A stretch of 64,000 nucleotides of DNA, taken from IMG/VR virus record IMGVR_UViG_3300031885_000006, positions 1 to 64,000 of that record, one strand, 5' to 3'. The DNA comes from a virus. This document shows positions 56,797-64,000 of this stretch, in pieces. The notes beneath the pieces are model-generated. The model did not search any database, was not told where the DNA came from, and saw only the letters and a program-made list of their open reading frames with translations. The first letter of the stretch is position 1; each line of letters opens with the position of its first letter. The translations under genes and the position numbers were made by a program.

Positions 56797-59552
56797 TACA
56801 CCACCAAAACGTTCTTTAAATTGATAAGATTTTTAGGAGAAACCAAAGATTCCACTTTGTCTACTTCGTCTAACTGAGATGGCCTAGCCAAAACAACAAT
56901 TCTATAATCTTTGTTCTTGTCTTTTGGAATTTCTTTCCACCTATTTTGTTTTGCCGGGGCATCAAATGTATAACTCTGCCAACCTTGCTCAGGTTTTTTC
57001 AAACGAATGCTTAAAAAATTACCTTTTCTAACATCGCTTTCCCAATATTCCAATTCCTCTTTAAATCTATCATAATCATCAGACCAAAAAGTAATCATTT
57101 GAGATTTAGAGTTGGCATCTTCTACTAAAACCGTGTAATACACAGTTTTATTTTTAGACTTAGATTCTTTTCTTCTGGGTCTTTCAATCACATGGACTTC
57201 ACATGCTTTTGTTGTAATCGTCTCGTCTTCATCAAAGTCAAAAAACGTCCTGTCGCCTTGGAAATCAGGACTGCTTTCTAACAAATGTCGCCAACTAAAT
57301 CCATAGAATTTACTCTCGGCGATCTGAGGAACTTCGCACAAAAGCTCTTTCATTTCCACAGTCAATTCCGTTGCCGACTCAAAATCTTCCAAAGAAGCAA
57401 TGCCATCCAACTCCAATTCTGCATTTGATTTTGTTTTTTTGTACTTTTTAACCACTTTCCAAAGCGTTCTGATTTCTGATTCTTCTAACAACTTCCAAGG
57501 GCAATCAGCACCCTGCATGTACTCAATGAACGCTCTTTCTGTATCAAACTCTGCTGCATCTTTTAGAAAACTCATATATTTTTCGTCTACCGTGAACTCT
57601 TTAAGCTGCTTAACAGACATCTTTGCTTTAAGTGCCGAAAACATTAAAAGTAGTTTGTCTCTTGAAGATATATCTGGTCCTTCTGGACCTTCGATTTCTT
57701 TTACATCTGATAAAATCAACTCGACCTCTAATGCGTATTTCTTATAGCTTTCCTCAGTCCGCTTCACGCTATCAGTTAGTTTTTTAACTTCCGCTTTGTA
57801 ATATTCATAATACAAATACAGCTTGACCGGATCGCCTTCAAACACTCGCAAAGCAATTAACGCCTTAACAACATTTGCTTCTGTGCCAAATCTCTTTAGA
57901 AAATCTTCAAAGTCTCTATATGGCTGCCCCGCCACTATCCTCGCCGCTATTTCCTCCCCCACACCCTTGATATTGGAAAACCCCATGTAAATGGCATCAT
58001 CAACAATATCAAACTTTACTTTAGACTTATTTAATGTGACACGACCAATGCTGATTCCCATGCTTTCAGCTTCTTGCCGATAGCCTTTTAGCTTCGCCGT
58101 ATCATCGCAACAACTTAAAATAGCTGTAAAAAACTCCAAAGGATAATGTGCCTTCAACCACAACAATCGACTAGAAACATAAGTATAAGCAATGGTGTGC
58201 GACTTATTAAAACCATATTCGGCGAAAGCCTCAATTTGATCCCACAATTCGGATACCCGAGCCTCATCCCAGCCTAAAATCTCTTGGCCATTCTTTAAAA
58301 ACATTTCTTTGTAACGACCAAATATTTCTATCTTTTTCTTAGAAATAGCCTTTCTTACAATTTCACAGTGCATATCTGGCACATTGCCAACCGCACGTAA
58401 AATCTTCATAACCTGCTCTTGATAAACCATCACGCCATATGTCATTCCCAAAATTGGCTGCAACACTGGGTGCAAAGTGTATTTTTCGTGACCACGTTTT
58501 CTTGCCACAAAAACATCATGCATTCCCAAACCCATCGGTCCTGGTCTATACAAAGCAGAATAAGCTGCAAGATCTTCGAAATTATCAACGCCACCTCGAC
58601 GCACCAACTCTCGAATACCATCTGAATCAAATTGAAATATACATTTTAATTTAGCTTCAGATGCCAAGGCAATCGCAGCGGGATCATCTAAGTATGCTGT
58701 GTCGCTCCAGTCGGATTGACCGGGCAAGGCACATATAGAAGTCACACCATGTCGTTCTTTAATAATACGACATGCAATTGCAATCTGCATTAAATTGGTA
58801 ATTACCAATAAATCGAATTTAATTAGCCCAAGTGGGCCTAAATCCGTACCATGCAAACCTTCTACAAAGGCAGAAGTTGGCAAACCATCCTTGCCACGTA
58901 CCAATGGCACCAAAGCATTAATTGGACGATCAGCTATAATTAATCCAGCAGCATGCGTTCCTGCACCACGATTACGATGCAATAATCTGTGAGCGGCATC
59001 CGCAACATCTGGGTTTTCATCACAATAAGTCTTGAGATCAGGATATTGCTCCATCGCTTTATCCCAAGTCAAATTGTTGCCATCGTCATCCTTCAGTCCT
59101 ATTTTTGTAGTGATCTTTAAGATATCACTACGATCTTTGCCATGTACACGAACCATATCGATCAAGGAAGACTTGATCTTAAATTAAGTGTAATTTCCGA
59201 TAGCACAGACATTATCTTTACCAAATTCCTCAATTGCCCATTCGTTCTTTAGATAATCACGAACTATTTGAAGATAATCCGTATCCACGTCAGGAAATTC
59301 ACCCAAAGTATATTGTGGCTCTAATTCAATATCAAAATCATCCACCAGCCTTAACAGCTTGGCCACAAACAAATTATTTTCATTCTTAGCAAATTTAGCT
59401 TTTCTATCAAACAAATCCAAAAAATAATCTTGCGCCATTAATATGTCAATTTCTTTCACCTCCATTTCCAACCTAGCTTTATACCTAGCATCGTATCCAT
59501 CATGATCAAAAATAGCCCAAATAATTTTCAAAAACTTTTCTTGAGAATCCAT
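56796..59552 (-). CDS. dnaE: DNA polymerase III alpha (no PHP domain), interrupted by an in-frame TAA at 59184-59186
   Basis: PDVDTD, HAAG, KFDLL, IFQF, RPGP, YQEQ, YGFNKSH; both ORF-track pieces are in the same frame. Confidence 0.9.
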
Positions 59553-59600
59553 AATTTTATACTCCTACGTATATATAGATTATATGTAAAATAAAAGGAA

Positions 59601-60401
59601 TTGTCAATGAAATACACAGATAAATTAGAAAATGCAATCAAACTCTATCTACATGGACTATCTTTGCAAGCAGCCGCTAAAACAGCAAATGTATCCTATA
59701 GCAGCCTTCAATTAAGAATTAAAAATCTTAACCTTACTAGAAGCAACAAAACAAATTCTAGAAAATATTTTGTAGATCATAATTTTTTCGAAAATATCAA
59801 TTCAGAAATTAAAGCTTATTGGTTAGGATTTATGTATGCTGATGGGTATATCTCTAATCGTGGTTCACAAAAATTAATAGGGGTTGCCATTGGCACAAAG
59901 GACAAAAATCATTTAACAAAATTCGTCAAACATTTAAAATCTAATTATCAAATTAAAGAATACACGGCTAATAGCGGTTATAGCAAAAATATTATTTACA
60001 ATAGACTTTTAATGACTTCAGAAACAATGTTCAATGATTTACTTAAACAAGGACTTACCGAACACAAAAGCTTAACACTCAAATTTCCAAGCATCACCAA
60101 AAAACTCGAAAGACATTTTATAAGGGGCTATTTTGATGGCGATGGTTCGTTTGCAAAAGCCGTTAATGGCTACAACATTAAAATATGCGGAACAAAAGAG
60201 TTTTTAACAGCCATTTTGAATATATTTCAAAAAAACAAACTTAAATTACACCAAAGAAATCCCGATAAAGATAAAAATAATTACTACTTAACTATAGGTG
60301 GAATGCAACAAGTTAAACATATAGCTGATTATCTATATAAAGAATCCACTGTTTACTTAGACAGAAAACATACGCTTTATGAAATAATTAAAAGCTATTA
60401 A
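59601..60401 (+). CDS. LAGLIDADG homing endonuclease
   Basis: YWLGFMYADG and FIRGYFDGDG. Confidence 0.85.
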   Translation: MSMKYTDKLENAIKLYLHGLSLQAAAKTANVSYSSLQLRIKNLNLTRSNKTNSRKYFVDHNFFENINSEIKAYWLGFMYADGYISNRGSQKLIGVAIGTKDKNHLTKFVKHLKSNYQIKEYTANSGYSKNIIYNRLLMTSETMFNDLLKQGLTEHKSLTLKFPSITKKLERHFIRGYFDGDGSFAKAVNGYNIKICGTKEFLTAILNIFQKNKLKLHQRNPDKDKNNYYLTIGGMQQVKHIADYLYKESTVYLDRKHTLYEIIKSY

Positions 60402-60867
60402 ATCCCAACAGCTTAAAAACTTCAGTTAAATATTCTGCGGTAGCTATATTTGTGCCACCATAAGTCGTCTCTGCATTGCCAGCTACATTAAGCACTTCTA
60501 TATTATTATTCAATATCCAATCCACCACATCTTGATGAGGAATTGGATTGTTTAAATCAACATCAATATACGGTTTATTATATTGCTTAATTGCATTTAA
60601 AGTGCAAATTTCACCTCTAGATTGAAAATTAAACGCCAATCTAATTGTGCCATCTGCATCTTTGGCATTTTGATAAGTCCTTGGAACATAACTAGCCGAG
60701 ACATGTTCTTTTATATTGTATAAATTTGCATATTCAGGACGAGACCCGGCTGTAGTTTTGTATCCTTTGGGCATAATGCCATCTGTTGGAATACCAAACT
60801 TTTTAGCAGTGACCAATCCCGCAATATCAGCCCCATTTTGAGCGCCTGAAATACATTTTTTCAACAT
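60388..60867 (-). CDS. SLOG family protein (putative molybdenum carrier / cpYpsA-like)
   Basis: ISGAQNGAD; RT..N..DADGT; LNVAGN. Confidence 0.75.
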   Translation of the reverse strand: MLKKCISGAQNGADIAGLVTAKKFGIPTDGIMPKGYKTTAGSRPEYANLYNIKEHVSASYVPRTYQNAKDADGTIRLAFNFQSRGEICTLNAIKQYNKPYIDVDLNNPIPHQDVVDWILNNNIEVLNVAGNAETTYGGTNIATAEYLTEVFKLLGFNSF

Positions 60868-61039
60868 TTCGTACCATTCGTTCCAACAGAAATAATATAC
60901 GTTTTTACCAACTCCATAGCCTCAATAGTGGTAAATTTTTCGGCAAGGCAATTATCGTAAAGCCTTCGCCAATGAGGCGGGTAAATCTCCGATACCAATG
61001 CCATGCTTTGATCCAACTTCGACAAATCATTATTTTCCA

Positions 61040-62065
61040 TTACTTGTCTTCCTTTTCAAATTTGGTGAAACCCAAAGTATTTTTATCTTCATCTGAAGAC
61101 AAACGATTTTCTACCATGCTTTGCAAGCTATCAATGACTGTTTTATAGGGATCGCCCAAAATACAAACAGCAGTATAAAGCTCTTTAAGATGAGCAACTG
61201 ACATGCCCACTGTATCTTTAACCCATTTATCCAAATCGACCTCAACATCACCAGGAGCTTGATTTTTCAACAAATGCTCAAGATACAATCTGCGAGATGC
61301 CTTGCTGGGGTGTGGCATTTTATACCGACGATCAAATCTACTTGGACGATTGATAATTCGTTCGCCTAATTTCTCAGGGTAGTTAGTAGTAGCCAAATAA
61401 ACCACTTTATCAGTGGTTTCAACACCATCCAAAATATTCAACACCTCCGTCTCACCCCACTCTTCAATAATAGCATCAATATCTTCTAACAAAACTACTA
61501 TTGGTGTTAATTTTTGAATAGTGCGAATAATTCTCATGCATTCAATAAACACGCTTGGATTGCCAAACTTTATAGCCACACCATCTCGCTCAAACACATC
61601 TTTCAAAATAAGCTTGATAGTGCTGCTCTTGCCAGATCCTGGTGGACCCCAGAAAAGCAAACCACGCTTATATGCCAATTTGTTTTGACGATATTTATCT
61701 TCTAGTCCCCAAAAATTCTTGATCTCTTCTACAATTAGTTTGGAGTTGGTTTCTGGAAATTCCAATAAACCATTTGTGTTACATTCTACTTTTTCAAAAA
61801 AGTAACCACGATTAGGACAATATTTTGGCTCCCAAAGTGCTGGTCCTAACTCTGAATAAGTACGACCAGCAGGAAAAAACTTAGTGTTATCTGTTGATGT
61901 CCATTGGCAATATGCCCCAGAACTAGCCTCTTCATCTGTTTCTGGAGACCGATATCCATTGCTATAATAAATAGTTCCAGGCTTATTGATATTGTTAGTT
62001 GTAGTCTTGGCTACATCAGACGCCTTCAATATTTTATTTAATTCTTGATTTTCTTCAATCGTCAT
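61040..62065 (-). CDS. AAA+ ATPase
   Basis: GPPGSGKS, LEDID, TTN, RPSRFD. Confidence 0.9.
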   Translation of the reverse strand: MTIEENQELNKILKASDVAKTTTNNINKPGTIYYSNGYRSPETDEEASSGAYCQWTSTDNTKFFPAGRTYSELGPALWEPKYCPNRGYFFEKVECNTNGLLEFPETNSKLIVEEIKNFWGLEDKYRQNKLAYKRGLLFWGPPGSGKSSTIKLILKDVFERDGVAIKFGNPSVFIECMRIIRTIQKLTPIVVLLEDIDAIIEEWGETEVLNILDGVETTDKVVYLATTNYPEKLGERIINRPSRFDRRYKMPHPSKASRRLYLEHLLKNQAPGDVEVDLDKWVKDTVGMSVAHLKELYTAVCILGDPYKTVIDSLQSMVENRLSSDEDKNTLGFTKFEKEDK

Positions 62066-62067
62066 AT

Positions 62068-63300
62068 TTATTCCAAATGATTTGTTTTAACTGCGGATTG
62101 TAAAAATGAAAAATCGGTATGAGGTGCCCAATAAGCGTACTTCCAACTGATACCGTGCATCAATACTATTTTGATCATTAAATGTTGGACATCAAATAGC
62201 TTAGCAGCAAGTATTGAAAAACTACTATCTGCTCCGATGAAATACTTGCCTTTTTTTAGGATCTCGATAGATTCAAAAATGTCAGTTTGGCCAGAGCAAT
62301 CAATAATACTAGGATGGTCAGGAACTGGTTCTCGTTTGTCGTTTAAGACCACGCCTGTTATTTTCTTTCGTTCTAGAAACCGTATGACTTCTTCCCAATC
62401 AGATGTCAATAAATTCCTAGAAACGCCTTCATAAATACTGCCATCTAGATTCCTAAAATTGCTCGATGCATAAGGACAAATTACAACATATTCTATGGGA
62501 AGGTCAATACTAATATCTGATAATTTATAATTTAACCAACTTGATTTATTATAAGCCACATGTCCAGCAGCGAATTGCGGGAAAATTGTAAATATTCCAA
62601 AATCAACAGCATTTAAAAACTCTGGATGGTCCGACTGGCAATCCGCCTTATTTGCAATATAAGGTCGTTCGCTAAAATCATCCCATACCACAACATGCTT
62701 TTTTATGTTGTAACAAGGCAGAACCGAAAATAACTTTTGCAATACCTGCGATTGCTTGGTCGCATAACAAATAGTTTCTATGTTTGATTTAATGTCGTCG
62801 CTTAGAAAACTATCAATTGCAAAAATATCACCAATGCCGCCAGTAAGAAAAATAGACTTAGCATTTAAATCTATTTTTGGAACTTTCTCATGACAATGAC
62901 ACTTGGCATCGCAACCAATTACTTGAATGTTGCCCACAGCAAACAATTCTGCCAAGTCATTAATTCCCACCTCGGCAAAACCATATTTGAAATCTGGATG
63001 CGTGTATTTTCCACCATATTGATGCACTTTGTTATCAAATGTGCCAAATGTAGTTTTTTTACACGCAAAGACAACTTCAAAATAATTTTGCCCTGGCACT
63101 TTATGGGCAGTCGCCGCAAAGAGGACGCCTGATCTTATGTATTCTACAAGATAAGTTGAGTATAATTGTCCATTTTCATCCAATGGAATTAAATAAAAGC
63201 CAGATCGCTCTGGCTTTTCTATTTTCAAAATACATTGATTGGGATCATCGCCCTCCACCATATAATACATATATGGATAATTATAACAATATCCGTCCAT
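62068..63300 (-). CDS. GT9-like glycosyltransferase with N-terminal extra domain
   Basis: GGIGD; ICP.AS; FIGADS. Confidence 0.7.
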   Translation of the reverse strand: MDGYCYNYPYMYYMVEGDDPNQCILKIEKPERSGFYLIPLDENGQLYSTYLVEYIRSGVLFAATAHKVPGQNYFEVVFACKKTTFGTFDNKVHQYGGKYTHPDFKYGFAEVGINDLAELFAVGNIQVIGCDAKCHCHEKVPKIDLNAKSIFLTGGIGDIFAIDSFLSDDIKSNIETICYATKQSQVLQKLFSVLPCYNIKKHVVVWDDFSERPYIANKADCQSDHPEFLNAVDFGIFTIFPQFAAGHVAYNKSSWLNYKLSDISIDLPIEYVVICPYASSNFRNLDGSIYEGVSRNLLTSDWEEVIRFLERKKITGVVLNDKREPVPDHPSIIDCSGQTDIFESIEILKKGKYFIGADSSFSILAAKLFDVQHLMIKIVLMHGISWKYAYWAPHTDFSFLQSAVKTNHLE

Positions 63301-64000
63301 TAAACCTCTTGTGTAGATACTTTAGCTACTTTAACTACAGATTCATGATCATCTAATTTAACTATTTTAACACCACTCGTAGTGCGTCCCGTCTCTCTAA
63401 TATCTTGTAAGTCTATTCTAATGCATTTGCCACTTGAAGTAAGTGCAAGCAATGAATCTCCCTTCGATACAGCACATGCCCCAATTATATCCCCATTTTT
63501 AACTAAAGTTTGCTTTTTAATTACAGAATAGCCTTTGACATTTTTATTGGTCAAAGCACGATATTCTTTTGCAGAAGTCCTCTTGGCAAAACCGCCACTT
63601 GTAACCACCAATACATCTGGCGTGTCCTTAACTTCTAGTGTAAACACCTGAGCCACTGTATCATCCAAATCTAAACGCATTGCACGACTACCTCTTGTCG
63701 TCCGACCTTGGATCGGAACGATCTTCTCGTTGTATCTCACACACTGCCCCTTAGCAGTGACGATAAATACATCCTTTTTGCCATCCGTCACACAAGCAAA
63801 TGCTACTTGGTCGCCCATCCCCAATTGAATAGCGGCAATGCCACTGTTCTTTCTGATGGTGTTGTATTCTTTAATCTCGCTCTTTTTAATCACACCGTTC
63901 GTAGTGACAATCACTAAATAACCAGATTCATCAATGCTTTTGATGCTAACCATGTTGGTCACAAATTCACCAGCAGCAAGATTCAACATATTGCTGGCGT
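63300..64000 (-). CDS. gyrA: DNA gyrase/topoisomerase subunit A C-terminal beta-pinwheel (runs off the window edge)
   Basis: T..G..K, GR.TRG, GR.TSGV blade repeats. Confidence 0.85.
   Translation of the reverse strand, partial: ASNMLNLAAGEFVTNMVSIKSIDESGYLVIVTTNGVIKKSEIKEYNTIRKNSGIAAIQLGMGDQVAFACVTDGKKDVFIVTAKGQCVRYNEKIVPIQGRTTRGSRAMRLDLDDTVAQVFTLEVKDTPDVLVVTSGGFAKRTSAKEYRALTNKNVKGYSVIKKQTLVKNGDIIGACAVSKGDSLLALTSSGKCIRIDLQDIRETGRTTSGVKIVKLDDHESVVKVAKVSTQEV

Noticed and set aside
1-64000. Genome-wide stop-codon reassignment
   Set aside because: Conserved genes are intact under code 11 and end in TAA, TAG or TGA; no suppressor anticodon was found

Overview
The window is a 64-kb slice of a very large, AT-rich, mostly minus-strand phage genome, with jumbo/huge-phage gene content and T4-like late-promoter and capsid-targeting signatures. 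It carries a tRNA cluster (~1.4-9.3 kb), translation genes (IF-1, IF-3, bS21, PDF, MetAP), chaperones (DnaJ, GroES), two sigma factors, NAD-dependent DNA ligase, DnaE, the GyrA C-terminus, an Rnl1-type RNA ligase, PhoH, glycosyltransferases, a TPP-dependent decarboxylase and free-standing homing endonucleases. The most notable signal is an apparent RNA-processing system. A Ro60/TROVE gene is followed by a HEPN-like ORF and two tandem ~57-nt Y-RNA-like stem-loops. The same motif, with compensatory base changes, occurs circularly permuted in place of the anticodon loop of a 120-nt tRNA-like gene 8.5 kb away, and partly in the TROVE 5' leader. Two other tRNAs (Gln, Met) each carry an exactly 21-nt hairpin insertion in the anticodon loop, and several tRNAs have mismatched body and anticodon. 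dnaE contains a single in-frame TAA. All calls come from visual motif recognition; no database searches were run.
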